The position numbers and the translations under genes were made by a program. The notes beneath the pieces were generated by a model. It had not been told where the DNA came from. It did not search any database and saw only the letters and a list, made by a program, of their open reading frames with translations. A stretch of 64,000 nucleotides of DNA from Lama guanicoe (lineage: Eukaryota), in contig MU057347.1 in the NCBI GenBank assembly GCA_013239625.1, positions 15,333,388 to 15,397,387 on the forward strand, written 5' to 3'. This document shows, in pieces, positions 1 to 12,712 of the stretch. Every line of letters starts with the position of its first letter. Within the stretch, counting starts at the first letter, position 1.

Positions 1-714
1 AGTACAGTTTTGCTGTTGAATGAGTTCATGTATGTTTCCATCAGCTCCGTTTTAACCATTTGCTGTTATGCCCAGCCAGAGTTTACTGCACACATAGGTC
101 ACTGCAATGTGTTTTTTCTTCTGCTCTTAAAATATCCTTTTTTTTCTTGTTTTTCTTTCTGTACTTGTTTTTTCTTATTATAAGAGTTTTACAAGTTCTT
201 GGATTAGAAATTCAGAAAAAATATAGAATAATATAAGGAAAAAAATAAAATTCATTTATAATACACTACCCAGAAATAACATTTTGGTTGATGAATATAC
301 CTAAAGTCTTTTTTCCTTTTTATGTGTGTGTATATATATATACGTATATACATATATATACACACACATATATATGTAACACAAGTTATATTTATATATT
401 TCATAAAAATGTGATTATAACTTACATGCTGTTTTTAACGTCTCTTTTTGGGGGTATATATTATGATCATTATTTATAAAAATTACACAGTACATGGCTA
501 CCTGAGATTTCTTCCTATAGAAATATAATAGAATGAACCATATGAAATTGCAGACATTTATCTACTTTTTACTTAAAAATGGTAAAATCACTAGATATTC
601 ACCATATTAGTATTACATTTCTGGTAGAGATTTTGTTTGTGTGCCCATCATTAGTTCTCTCAAATTCTCTTAGTATTAGAATTTCTGATTCGCAGCTGAG
701 CACATGGCCTCCCT

Positions 715-880
715 GAAAGGGCAACACGGGGAATATAGCCAGTATTTTATAATACCTGTAAATGGAGTATAACCTTTAAAAATTGTGAATCACTATATAG
801 TATACCTGTAACATATAGTATGGTACGTCAGCTATACTCCAATTAAAGAATATGATACTGTAAAATAAATTTAAAAAAAG
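715..880 (+). mobile_element. L1 3' end fragment (artiodactyl-type)
   Basis: gggaatatagccagtattttataata...aaatggagtataacctttaaaaattgtgaatcactata...tatactccaattaaa followed by an A-rich tail resembles laurasiatherian L1 3' termini; recognised by eye. Confidence 0.8.
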
Positions 881-3800
881 AATCTTTGAGCACAAGAAAC
901 AGAAACTGTAGAGGAATAGAGATTTGCATGGTGTTTCAAAGCCAATCTATTAGAATTCTTTCCTTCTCTAACCGACTTCTGGCAGGACCAGATAATTTCT
1001 TAAATTATTAAGAGAATGCACAATACTTTAAAAATTCTGGCAAGAATTGACTGGGAAGGGGCAGGAGGCTGGAAAGTTTCTGTATCTTCATCCATGTGGG
1101 GTCACCCAAGTGTGCACACGTGTAAACGTGAATAGTGAGAGCATAGTCACCGGTTTAACTGTCGCAGGTTTTGCGAGCAAAGGTATCTCTCTCTTAACAA
1201 AACAGTTCATAATTTCAAGGGATCGACATGATTTTCCCACAGCAAACATTTTAACACAGGGTTCCTATAGCAGCCCTGCACAATTCACTAAGACTTAAGT
1301 CCACAGGGCAGAAACTTCTGTTTACTTTCCTCCTTGTTGCACACCAGCGTCTCTAACAGCACCTGGGATCTAAAGAGGGCTGGCTGGCTCAATGGTTAGC
1401 ATCAAGGTTGTTTTGGAAGATAACTGTTACCAGTTGGCTGTATCTCCACTGTGACCCCAGACCCCCGACGGGCCACTGTGGCCTCAGCTTCTGGCAGGTG
1501 ACTCTGGCTCCTAGTCTCTGAAAACACCACCTCCTCCCGTTGTGCCCAGCCTCCTCCCTAGGGAGCAGGAGCCGTGACTTCCAGCTGCTACTAATCTCTG
1601 GGTGGTCTAACTGTTCCCACGTGGCCTTTCAACTCTTTGATCGCCTGTATGTCAATTCCTTACATTAAGTTGACTCAAATCCTCAGAGTTGCTTTCTTTT
1701 ACTCGTCGGGACCTGACTGACCCGGCTGGATTAAAGTTTGTGAGGCTTATAATTTTATTCTTGCTTTTCTGGACATGGCAGGTGATTCTTAACTGGAGAG
1801 TGCCTTAGAGTCTCCAAGGGAACTTGCTGAGAACACACATGCTCGGGCACCACCCAGATGCCCTGGAAAAGAATCTCGGGGTGTGGAGTCCAGGCACAGA
1901 GCATGGAGACACGGCGTGGGTGACACTAGTGAGCCCCTCCTGACTTTATCACCGAAACCTGATCTGAAATCTTCAAAGCAGACCAGGGGGAAATTTTTTT
2001 TTTATTCTAAAATTGATTCACTAACAATGTTTAACAACTGCCTGCAATCCTTACATAAACATGAAAGTCGATGAAGAAACACTTGAAAGTTAAAATCAGT
2101 GCTAAAACCTTCTGTAATAGGTTATAATCAAGACTGAACTTGTTGGACATTAAGTGGTGATTACACAACTAATTATTTTGATGAGCGCTGGCTGTGAGTC
2201 TTGCCTGGCACCTACCTGAGTGTGGCACACCTGTGTTTTAATAGTATGTTCACTTAGATAATCTCACAGGAGCAGCCATACACATGCCTGACTTTTTCCC
2301 TCTCTTTTGTATAGTTAATGTCTGAACATGAAAATGCTCAAAAAGTATAAAAAGGTATACAGTGAAAAGTGGGTGCCTCTTCAGTGTCTCACAGCCCCCC
2401 AGTTTCCTTTCCAGGAAGTAAACATACATCACCAGTTTCTGGGATGTTCTTCAGAACTTTCCTACATACCCATAAAGGTATATGTGTATCCATCCAAATG
2501 ATACCATAATGTAAACAATACTGTACACCCTGTTTTTTTTTTGGCATACCAATGTATTTTGGAAAATATTGCTTATCAGAGGATCTATGTTTGCCTCGTT
2601 GCTTTAGGAAGAGTTCAGTTTTCCATTGTGTGTGTATATATATATATATACTAAAATTTACTTAAGCAATCTCTGTTAATGAACATTTTGTTTCCGTTTT
2701 TTATAACTACAGACAAAGCTGCAATAAATATCTGTATCTATATCTGTATCTATGCCTGTACGTGAGACAGTAGATCTGTAGAATAATTTCTTAAAATAGA
2801 ATTGCTAGGTCAATGGGTTTATGCATTTAAAGTGCTGAAGCCTTCCCGGCGGGGTTGTAGCACTTAGAACTCCCATTAGTAACTTGTCGGAGTACCTCTT
2901 TCCTACATCCTCACACAGTGTTATCAAGTTTCTGATTTTTGTCAATCTGACGGGTAAAAAAATGCTATGTTGTAGATTTAGTTTGCATTTCTCTAATTAT
3001 GATACAGTTCTGAATTTAAGCAAACAAAAGCAAACTCTTAACAACCATCTGCATCAAAACAGAACAATGTACTTACAATCTGTGTAATTATTGACTCAGA
3101 AGAGGTTCAAATATAACGCGTCGATGGCAAAGGAGACACTTTGTTCCAAATTTTGCATCTCAAAGAGCTAATCTGACGGTACATGTGAACTTGCTGGGGT
3201 CCGCAATGTATTAAAAGTTAGCCTGTGATACTCTGGCTTGTGTGTTTTCAAATGGTTTTAATATGTTAAAGATACATTTAAATGAGATATTTGCTCAGCT
3301 GTTGAAACCCCCCCAGTGACACTGTGGTTTGAAAACGACGGACCTAATCCTCATTTTACACAATGGGAAACTGAGGCCCTTCCTTTGCTGTGGGATCCAA
3401 AGCTACTGATGGAAATTGGAAAATATTGATTTATTTTACCTTTTTGAATACCTTTTTATTTTGAAATAGTTTAAGACTCACAGGAAGTGCCAAATCAGTA
3501 CAGAGTCCTCACACTACCTTTCCCTCAATGATAACATCATATTCTTTTTTGAATTGCGAATAAATAATCTTGAAATGTTCATTACTTTTAAATGCTTTTT
3601 ACCCTTGTAGGTTCGCAGCCAATTCAGGAGGTAGTCCTCTCACAATTGTATTGATAATCCAGATTTGCATTAAAACATCCTGGGAATTATTTTAGTTAGG
3701 GCCACTCTTGCTAACTGAAGTCAAGAGTCCCCCAGATACAAAGGCTCAAAGTCACAGAAACTGACTTCTCATTCTCAGTGGTCTAGGATGGTGTCCCTGT

Positions 3801-4636
3801 CAGTGGAACGGGAAGTTCTTGGTCTCCTTGAAGGAGACCTAGGCCCTTTAGACTGGGGGGTGGGGCAATGTCTGATGGACAGCTAGCGGGCAGCCGTTCT
3901 CTCCCATGATGTTATCACCCAGGAGATCGGGGGACCTAGGTTTTAATTCAGTTTATTACCTAGCTAAGTCTAGTGGACTGTTTTGTTTGCTTGGTCTTCC
4001 TAGGACTCCTTTCTTACTTCTGATAACAGGACTGCTTCTTTCCATGACTTACTTTTGGGAATGGCTCCCCCTCACTCCACCTAATGTTAATCACAGCCCC
4101 CCCCCATCCCAGTGGTCACAAAGGTGAGCATGGGACCCCGACCTGGCCAGTGTCTCCTCCCACACTGAATTCCCTGGAGTGCCTCCAAGCTTCCGTACCT
4201 CTGCATTCTGTTCTGTTTCCTACTTTGTCTCCCAGGATCATGACCACGCCTTTAGTCTGGGCTCGAGGTCTCTTCTGTGAAGCCTCCTTCAGGATCTCCT
4301 GGGTGCCTTTAGGGGCCTTTCCCTAGATCCCTGTGTGGCCGTATCCCAGCGCTTACCCCAGTGCTGTGTACTGGTGGACTTGCTGGCCTGTTTCAGTTAG
4401 GACGCCTTTGGCTGCTGACATTTACAGGGAGTTTTTCTCAGTTATGCCTCAGGGCAGAGATATCCCCAGTCCTCCCAGTAGCTGGACAGACCTGGGTTTG
4501 CTGGCGTTCCTGGACTGCTTACCTTGGTCAGGACCAGCTTTGTCTGGGGCTGTGTCCCGCTTCAGACTAAGCTATACGTGGAAATAGTAATTTCCTTTCA
4601 CTAGTGATTAATTTATCCAGTGGACAGGTGGGATAT

Positions 4637-5365
4637 TGTGATTTATATTGAGAAATATGTATTTGGTTTTCAACATTTCTTGGCATGGAGCTCCTAAAAC
4701 CCCTGGAATTTCCTAAGTGCTGTGAGGAATTAAAATATCTTTTGTTATGTTAATGAGGCGACTTGTGGAAAGCCCCTAAGTAGCCTAAGGATGGGGGCTG
4801 GTTGTCAGGGGGAAGGAACCAACCCTGAGATGAGAGGGCTGGAACTTCCAGTCCTACCTCCCCTCCTCCCTGCAGAGAGTAATCGCCAATGGCCAATGGT
4901 TTAATCAACTCTGCCTCTGTAATGGAACCTCCATAAAAACCCAAAAGGACAGGCATCAGAGAGCTTCCGGGTTGGGGAACGTATGGTGATTCAGGGAGAG
5001 CACGGGAGCTCTGGGCCGCTTCCCACATCCTTGCCCCCGGGCATCTCTTCCATCCGGCTGTTCCCGAGTTGTGTCCTTTTATAATAAACTGGTAACTGGT
5101 AAGTAAAATGTTTCTCTGAGTTCTGTGAGCCACCCAGCAAATTAACTGAACTCCAGGAGGAGGTCCTGGGAACCCCTGCCCTACAGCTGTTGTCAGAAGC
5201 ACAGGTGACAACAGGGACTTGTGATTGGCTTCTGGAGTGGAGGCAGTCCTGTAGCGCTGAGCCCTTAACCTGTGGGATCTACAGGCAGGCAGTGTCAGAA
5301 CTGAATAGGACACCCAGCTGGTGTTGGAGAACTGCTTGGTGTCAGAAAAAACCCCAAAACATACC
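4637..5365 (+). mobile_element. ERVL solo LTR, MER21-like
   Basis: gagctcctaaaacccctggaatttcct, ggatgggggctggtt, tcgccaatggccaatggtttaatcaa, gagagcttccgggttgg, aataaactggtaa, tttctctgagttctgtgagcc match MER21 consensus blocks. Confidence 0.85.
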
Positions 5366-5734
5366 TTGGAATATGTGACCAAGTTCTGCTCAGTAAGACA
5401 TAGAGGAAATCTCCTGGCACCTCCTGAGAAAGACCTTCCATCCTGAAAAGAAAGAGGCATGTGAGAAGAAAGTCCTTCCCTCCCTCATTCCCAGCTTCAT
5501 CCTTTTTAGTCTGGGCGTTGCCATGAGTGGACCAGGTTTCCCGCGCTGTGGCCACCATCCTGTGGACTCCAGGGGCAAGCCTGCGGGCGGAAGCCGGGAT
5601 GCTGAGGTAGGTGGAGAGCAAAAGGGAAAAGAACCTGCGATCTCGCTGACACCACTGAGCCACTGACTCCGCTCTGGGACTGCCTACCTCCTGACTTCTC
5701 ATTAATTGTACTAATAAATGTCCTTACGATTTCA

Positions 5735-6700
5735 GGCAGCTCTCTCTAGCTTTTTTCACATCAGGATACAGGATTAAAATAATAATTAATTATTGTCACA
5801 CCAGGGTAAAATGGCAGAAATTTTGAGGCATTGATATGGAGGCTGGTAAAATAAATTAAACATATTTATGTTATTTCCTTAAAATATATAAAGTAGTTTT
5901 AGAAATTAAATATAATTGTATAAAACTTCTTGTTACAAAATACCAGATCTTTACATGAGAAAATTGAGTTTGCATCCATAGATGCAACTTTTATGTATCA
6001 GATTTTATGCTTAAAGTGGCTACATGTAATTTCTTTTTGGGTCTTTCTAATGATGATCTTTCACATATTTGACAGGTACCATCAATGAAAAGCTTTGTGA
6101 GTACAGGGAGACTATATAGAAATATACAACTAGTTTTTTATAACACCCTTTCAGAAATTTCCAATACTAACATTTTATTTAAAGGCTCTAACAGTAAGGA
6201 TCTCCTTTGTTGTCACTGGTAAATGTTGGAATTTCTTGTGATGGTGCAAATGACTTTCAAGTCCAATCAGACTTAGAGGTGAAATATTGCATATTTTACA
6301 ATACTGATGAACCGCCACCTGCAGAACACAGAGGTGCGGTTTAAAAAACCCCCTGCAGTGAGCCCGGATCCACTAAGCGGGCATGGCTGAGGATGCAATG
6401 ACGTAACCAGGTTACATAAAGGCAGAGATCAGGACGACTGCCTGGAAGTGGACCAACCAGGAGTTCTGGCCAGACGCTCAGCCAGCCCCGGGTCAGTCGG
6501 CTTGGGTGCGGTGTGCCTTGGGCATCTGGAACCCCGGGTCCTGCAGCAGCTCCGTGGCGCGTTGGCCACTGTGCGCAGTAGCAGCAAGCGAGCCCTGCAG
6601 CGGGAGTGGACGCCCAGCTGGGAGGGCGTCTTCGTGGTCGCATTCGGCACATCAGGCACCCTAGGGCTGCTCAGAGGGGGGCCTCAGTGAAGACGTGGTG
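5735..6700 (+). mobile_element. Ancient hAT-Charlie DNA transposon relic (MER113-like start)
   Basis: ctttttcacatcaggatac...cacaccagggtaaa resembles the MER113/Charlie terminus; AT-rich interior; right boundary uncertain. Confidence 0.4.
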
Positions 6701-7452
6701 CTTCCTGCTGTGGAGGGTCCATAGCTTTGGTATTTGCCAGTTTTCTGTCGGTTGTTAATGACAGAAATCCAACTCTGAACTGGCTTTAAACAAAGAAGGG
6801 GATTAATGACTCCTACGTCAGAGATGGTGTTCTGAGGAATGGATTTTTTTCCTCCTCTTGCTGGCCTGATTCAGACAAAAATAAATTTCACCAAGTTAAA
6901 TTTGTTTTTAGTTTAGTTTTCATTTTCATCCATGTTGTAAAGGCACATAGTTTTAAAGAGTTAAATAATTCTACAAGGCTTGTTGTGAACGAGAGTGTTC
7001 TCTCCACCCCTATTTTCCAGGCCCCCAAAGAATCACAGTGTAATTATATTTAGACAAATATTCAATGTTCGCATTATGTAAATCCTGGTCATAGTTGTGC
7101 CATAGGATATTCTGATTATTTTTCCTGTTCTGCACAACTTTTTGTTTTCATTAGAGTTAAAATTTTCCCTCTTCTGTTTATCTGCTTACTTTTCTGTGCA
7201 CTAATTCATCTGAATGCCACCACTGCCACCACAATGTGTAACTCTCTTCTCACTGTATTCAAATACTTTACCATTTCTATCGCGTTCATGTTCTGAAGGT
7301 TCTTCCGTGTGGGCTGGAGCAGCTGAGCAGCTGTGTCTTGGGCTGTTGTCTTTATCATCATCCTGGGGATTTCACAGGCTTCCTCCTGATGGCAGATGCT
7401 CTGGTTTTACAGATCTCATGTCTCCACTTGGTTTATTCTCCACCATCCACTT

Positions 7453-7478
7453 TGTGTGTGTGTGTGTGTGTGTGTGTG
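7453..7478. repeat. (TG)13 microsatellite
   Basis: Directly visible. Confidence 0.98.
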
Positions 7479-7574
7479 TAGCAGACTCCTGTGACAAAGT
7501 AGAAGGAAGGTACATTTCAAGATCGAACATGTGTATCCTCATACTTTTATTGACTTGAGTTTAAAATGCTAGGC

Positions 7575-7930
7575 TGGATAGACTTACTCAGCAGTGAAAA
7601 GGAACACATGACAGAAACACATAAAAACTTGGATGAATCCCAGAGGCAGTCGGTTGAGTAAGAGAAACCAGGTTCAAAGGTTACCTACTGTAGGATTCCA
7701 TTTGTAGGACACTCTCTAAAAGCCAAAATGATAGCAATGGAGAACAGAGCAGTGAAGGCCAGGGTTGAAGGGTGAGGGGAAGCCTTGGGTACAAATGGGC
7801 AACACCATGGTGATTTTGAGGGTGGGGGATTGAACTGTTTGGTGTCCTGACTGTGGGGGTGGTCACCCAAATCTAGACATGTGTTAAAATTCATAGAACT
7901 GTATGCTGAAGGAAAAAAGTCACTGTCTGT
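7575..7930 (+). mobile_element. Old L1 (L1MC/L1ME) 3' UTR fragment
   Basis: tactcagcagtgaaaaggaac...ttggatgaatccca...tgtaggattccatttgtagga...aaaattcatagaactgta. Confidence 0.75.
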
Positions 7931-7971
7931 ATTACAAAACAAAAGCAAAAGAAACACCCTAGGTTCTAATT

Positions 7972-8595
7972 CTAGTTGATTCTTGTTGTTCGAGGGAGCG
8001 TGTCCTGCAGTTACCATAACCACCAAATTAGCCAATATTGAGCTGCTGTCTGGGAGAAATACAGAGTTGGGTTCCTTTGAGCCACTGGTCATGACATTTT
8101 CATATGCCCATCAGTCCATAATCCTATTTTGTGTGTGTTTCTGTTGAAGGACAACTTATTTCATATGCACTCATGAGCATTGGACTCTGCCAACAGAGCG
8201 GCTGCCTGTGCCCGAGCCATGCTCCCCCCCTACACCCATGTTCCCCACGGGGTGTGTGGGAGCTTCTTGCACCAAGAGCAGTTCAGCGCCAGCTTGGGGC
8301 TGTTTCAAACAGTTTGAAATCACTGACAAGAAGCACACACAAAAACCATGACCCTAAATGCACTGTGAAGAGGACACTTGCTTAGCACAAGATCGGGGAG
8401 GGAAGGCAGAGGGTTGCCTTGGTGGGCCCCAGCTGGAAATGTCTGCTTCACGGGACTCAGATTTTGTGCTGCTCTGCACGTGTCTCTAAATGACCTGAAA
8501 AGCACCTCAAGTATTGATTTTGGTGTTAAAAATATATTGTAGTGAGTAGATAAATTCCAAATACTGAATCCACTAATAATGAGGATCAGCTATAA
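7972..8595 (-). mobile_element. TcMar-Tigger non-autonomous element, MER82-like
   Basis: Terminal inverted repeats tagttgattcttgtt...aataatgaggatcagcta; internal agtattgattttggtgtta and cccagctggaaatgt match the MER82 reverse complement. Confidence 0.75.
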
Positions 8596-8599
8596 CTGT

Positions 8600-9985
8600 C
8601 CCTCAGAAATTTGGTGGCCTCGCTCCACTGTCCTTGAGTTTTTCATGTCGATGCCATTCTGATAGTTGTACCTTTGGATAAAAACTTCGTATTTTTTCCA
8701 CCAGCTTTTAATTACTTTTCCTTGTCTTTCTGTAGTCTGAATTTTAATGATGATGTTTATTTGTTGGGTCTATATCCACTCATTGCACGGATCCCTGATG
8801 GCTAATAACTCATGTCCTCTGGTTCGGGGACATTTTATTGGATTTTTCCCCCTTTCCCTCTGTCTTCTCTGTTCTCTTTCTAGAACTCCCAGTATTTGGG
8901 ACTGGAACCCCTACATTGGTCCTCTCCTTTCCAATTTATCATTTCTCTCCAAGTTCCATGTCTTGATTTATTTTGCTCTACTTTCTGAAGTATTTCTTCA
9001 ACCGGATCATCCAAGCTTTCTATTCAGTTTTTCAATTCTGCAGTCGTATTTTTAATTTCCGCAGTCGTATTTTTAATTTCCCAGAACTCTTCTTTGTTAT
9101 CTGAATTTTAAAAAAGTTGACATCTCTTACGTGTGGCTGTGGTATTTTCTCTTTTCGACGATGTTAATGTTTTGGGGGGAGAGATTTTTCTTCCTCCTGC
9201 ATAGTTTTGACTCCCTCCGTGTGGCCTGACTTTGGCTGTTTGGTTCTTTTAGTTTGTCTTTCAGGTGTCTTCAAAGGTCTTGTGGACGTCGGGTGTCCAG
9301 GCATCTCCTAGAAGGAGGCACCAAAGACCTGATGGGCGGCTCTGAGAGCTTGGGATGAGGGCGGTTGCTTGTCAGCCTGAGCATCACTGCAGGATGATCT
9401 GGCTGGGCTGCGTCACTGCCCACCCCACCCCCTTCACCCACGTATCAGTATCTTTAGGTTTTCTTTTTCTACACCAAGCAAAATTTCCAGAGAATCCTCA
9501 TCCACTTGCCTGCCTGGAGGACACCAGCCTTCCTGCCTGTGGCCTTGGAAGGTGGTGGGGGGGAGGAGGTGGGAGGTGGCGTGGAGAATCTCAGCTATCA
9601 GAATGTAACCTTTCACGCGCTCCTCTGTTTCAGTTCAGTCCCTGAGCCTGAAGCTCCCTGTCCCGAGACCTTTTTTTCTATCCTCTCAAAAGCCCAAGTC
9701 CAGACGTGGAAACTGGTTTGAAGAGAGCTGGATGCCCAGCGTGTGGCATGGGGGAGGGGAGCACAGGCTTCTAGCTCTTTCTTAGATTTTCACACACTCG
9801 TCCTTTTTGGGTCACATTTTCACCTCCAGCTTGCAGAGGTTTCTGGTGCCACTAATTCCTGAGCGTCTCCAGGGCTTTGCAGGATGCACGGTTCTTTCCC
9901 GGCCTTTCCCACGGCCAGCTTAGGAGGCAGCTTTCCTGAGATGGCTGGTTCAGGGCCACTTGTTCACCTGCTTTCTAGTGTTGCA
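8600..9985 (-). mobile_element. Ancient L1ME/HAL1-like 5'/ORF1 relic
   Basis: T-rich antisense ORF1-like text (tctctttctagaactccc, tttttaatttcccagaactct); similar to 34280-35760. Confidence 0.6.
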
Positions 9986-10455
9986 AGATAATTCTCAGAA
10001 AAGGTAGAGTCATGGCTCCCATACAGACAGGAAAGTGAACACACCTTAAAGATTTTAAGATTTTAACGGGTTGGGGAGAGTGTGGCTATAAAGGGGCAGG
10101 ATGAGGGTCTTTTCTGGTGGGGGTGATGGAACTGTTCTGTATCCTGCTTGTGGGGGTGCTTACACATGTCGATATAGGGGTTAAAATTTATAAAACTGTA
10201 CGTCTAAAGAAACAAAATCAAATGATCTGCATTTTAAATTAGAAAATAAAATAAAAATACATTAATTAATGAAAAATTTAAGACGAGGCTTTACCTTTGG
10301 AAGGATGTGTAGTCTGAATCCCTAGCAGTGGGCTCTGTGGAGGCGAGATCTGAGGCTCAGGGAGAGGCTGTGTGTATTAATAGATTTCTACACACCTCTC
10401 CTCCTCTGGCGCTGAATTAGAGGCAAGTTGGTTTCCAGTTTCCCATTTCTCCTCC

Positions 10456-10937
10456 TGTGTGGGCAGAGTAATGCCCCGCCCCCCAAGATGTCCAAGTCCT
10501 TATTCCTGGAAACTGTTACCTTAATAGCAACAAGGACCTTGCAGATGTGACCGAATGGAGGATCTCAGATTGCGGAGATGATCCTGAACTTCCTGGGTGG
10601 GCCGAATGTCATCACAAGGGTCCTCATAAAACGGAGGCAGGAGATGTGGAGACCAAAGAAGAGGTCAGAGAGAGAGAGAGAGAGAGAGAGGCTTGAAGTT
10701 CCTACCCTGGTGGATTTGAAGATGGAGGAAGGAGCCATGAGCCAAGGAATGCAGGCACCTCTAGACGCTGGAAACGACCAGGAAATGGATTCTCCCCTTA
10801 AACTTCCAGAAGGAATGCAGCTTTGCCGACACGACATCTTGGCTCTGTGACTTCTGCACTGTAGATAATGGCCACTTAGTATTTTGAAGACATTAAATTG
10901 TGGTAATTTGCTATGGCGGCTTTAGGAAGCCAGTACA
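10456..10937 (+). mobile_element. MaLR LTR, MLT1D-like
   Basis: ggcagagtaatgcccc...aagatgtccaagtcct...ttgcagatgtga...gggtgggccgaatgtcatcacaagggtcct...gccatgagccaaggaatgcaggc. Confidence 0.9.
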
Positions 10938-11057
10938 GCTCTGTTCACACAGTCACTCCATGTCCCTGCTCTGTGAATGTGTTCGTCCTTTGGCTCCTCC
11001 TTTGACCTGGTTCTAACACCTCCATCAGGAACCAGACCTGCTCAAAACCTTAAATGC

Positions 11058-11172
11058 AGCCCAGGGAGACTGTGTTTGGACTTCTGACCTCCACGGCTGT
11101 AAGATAATACATTTGTGTTGTTCCAAGGCACTAAGCTTGTGGTAATCTGGTACAGCAGCGACAGGAAACTTC
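11058..11172 (+). mobile_element. MLT1 LTR 3' end fragment
   Basis: ggacttctgacctccacggctgtaagataatacatttgtgttgtt...gtggtaatctggtacagcagc. Confidence 0.85.
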
Positions 11173-12377
11173 CCTCTGCTTTGGGACACAAAGGGAATTT
11201 TTAGCGCCTGTGCCCGAGATGAACAGGTGGGTGTGGAGAAGTGCTTGAAAAACTCACGAACCTAATAACTCAAAGCGAAGCCTGCAGCCTGCAGCCTGGG
11301 TTAGAGTACACTTTTATCGTATCAGGAGCACTTAAGAGGTTTTCGAAATGCATTCAAGGCCCCAAACTCCTATTAACATAACAGAGGTCCAGCTAAAAGT
11401 GTGAGACACAGAGATCATGTTGGGTCAGCATTGCTGTCTGACCACAGTGTATGAGAGGGTCCCAAGACCTCCTCTCATCAAAGGAGATGAAGCTGGTGTT
11501 AATGAGGCCATGTCCAGGAGGTGTCAGAGGCAGACGAAAGGTACACGGTGATGGTCACTGACTTTCATCTTTTACACCACGCTGCCAAGATGACTTGATG
11601 GCTGAAATATCACAACTGACTTCCTTTTTGATTTTTACCAGAGATTTCATCGCTCGCTTCATTTTTTTTGTTGGCAGGTATGTGACATATTTTTTTCCAA
11701 AAAACTTATTCAGCACTTCAAGGTGTCATTACTCTTTAGCCCTGTGTCCTAGCATATTTGGCTCAAGTTAAAAAAAAAAAGAAAAAAGATGACTTTAGTG
11801 TGTACACTTGGCTGACCAGTCCTAGAGTAAAAAGGAGAACGAAAGTGAACAGAATTGACCAAGAAGATTTCAGGAAGGTCTCATAACAGCTCATTTCTGG
11901 CACGAGTTCCACATTACATATATATACTTTTTTTTCCCTTAAAGTCTTCTTACCTGGGAAATGCTGAGAGACACACAAATAGGTTAGGGCCCAGGTTCTG
12001 TTGTGGGTTGAATTGTGAACCCTCCAAAAATTATATTGGTTGAATCCCTAACCCTAACCCTAACCCCTGAATTGAGCCCCTGGTTGAATCTGGGGACACT
12101 GTAGCTCATACTCAGCTGTTGTCTCAGTCAGCGTGGGCAGCTGTAACAAAAATCCATAGACAGGGTTTGTATGTGGGGGGGGGGCTTCAAAAGCATAGAT
12201 TTGTCTCTCACATTTTTAGACGTTGGGATGTCCAAGGTCAAGGACAGCCAATCTGTTTCCTGGTGGGAGCTCTCCTTCTGGTTTGCAGATAACTGTACAT
12301 GGCAGAGAGGCAGAGAAAGAACAGGAGTGGTGCGGTGGTGGAGGGGACACAAACATTCAGTTCACAGCAGCTGTGTA

Positions 12378-12712
12378 GATCTGCTCTGTTCAAGGTGGCA
12401 GCCCCTAGCCACACGTGGCCACTGAGCCCTTGAAATGTGGCTAGTCCAAATCGAGATGTCCTGTGAATGTGCCACACACATGAGATTTTGAGCACACAGT
12501 ACCAAAAAAAAAACAAAACCCAACAGTGAAAGATCTCATTAGTAATTTTTAATATTGACTACATATTCATCTGTTTTGACTCTAATGGGTTAAATGAAAT
12601 GCACACTCCAAATTATCTCACCTGCTCATTTCTGCCTCTGTAGGAAAGTAGCTGCTAGAACACTTTTAACTGACCCGGGTGAATGGCATTATATTTCTAT
12701 TGGACTGAGCGG
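12378..12712. mobile_element. hAT-Charlie MITE, MER33-like
   Basis: gcccctagccacacgtggccactgagcccttgaaatgtggctagtcc...cattatatttctattggac. Confidence 0.8.

Noticed and set aside
4750-5460. 236-aa minus-strand ORF, the longest N-free ORF
   Set aside because: Lies antisense within a MER21-like LTR and has no recognisable protein domain
12046-12066. (CCCTAA)3 telomere-like repeat
   Set aside because: Only three units, at the position of the cctaacc motif in an MLT1 LTR 5' end; slippage is simpler than an interstitial telomere
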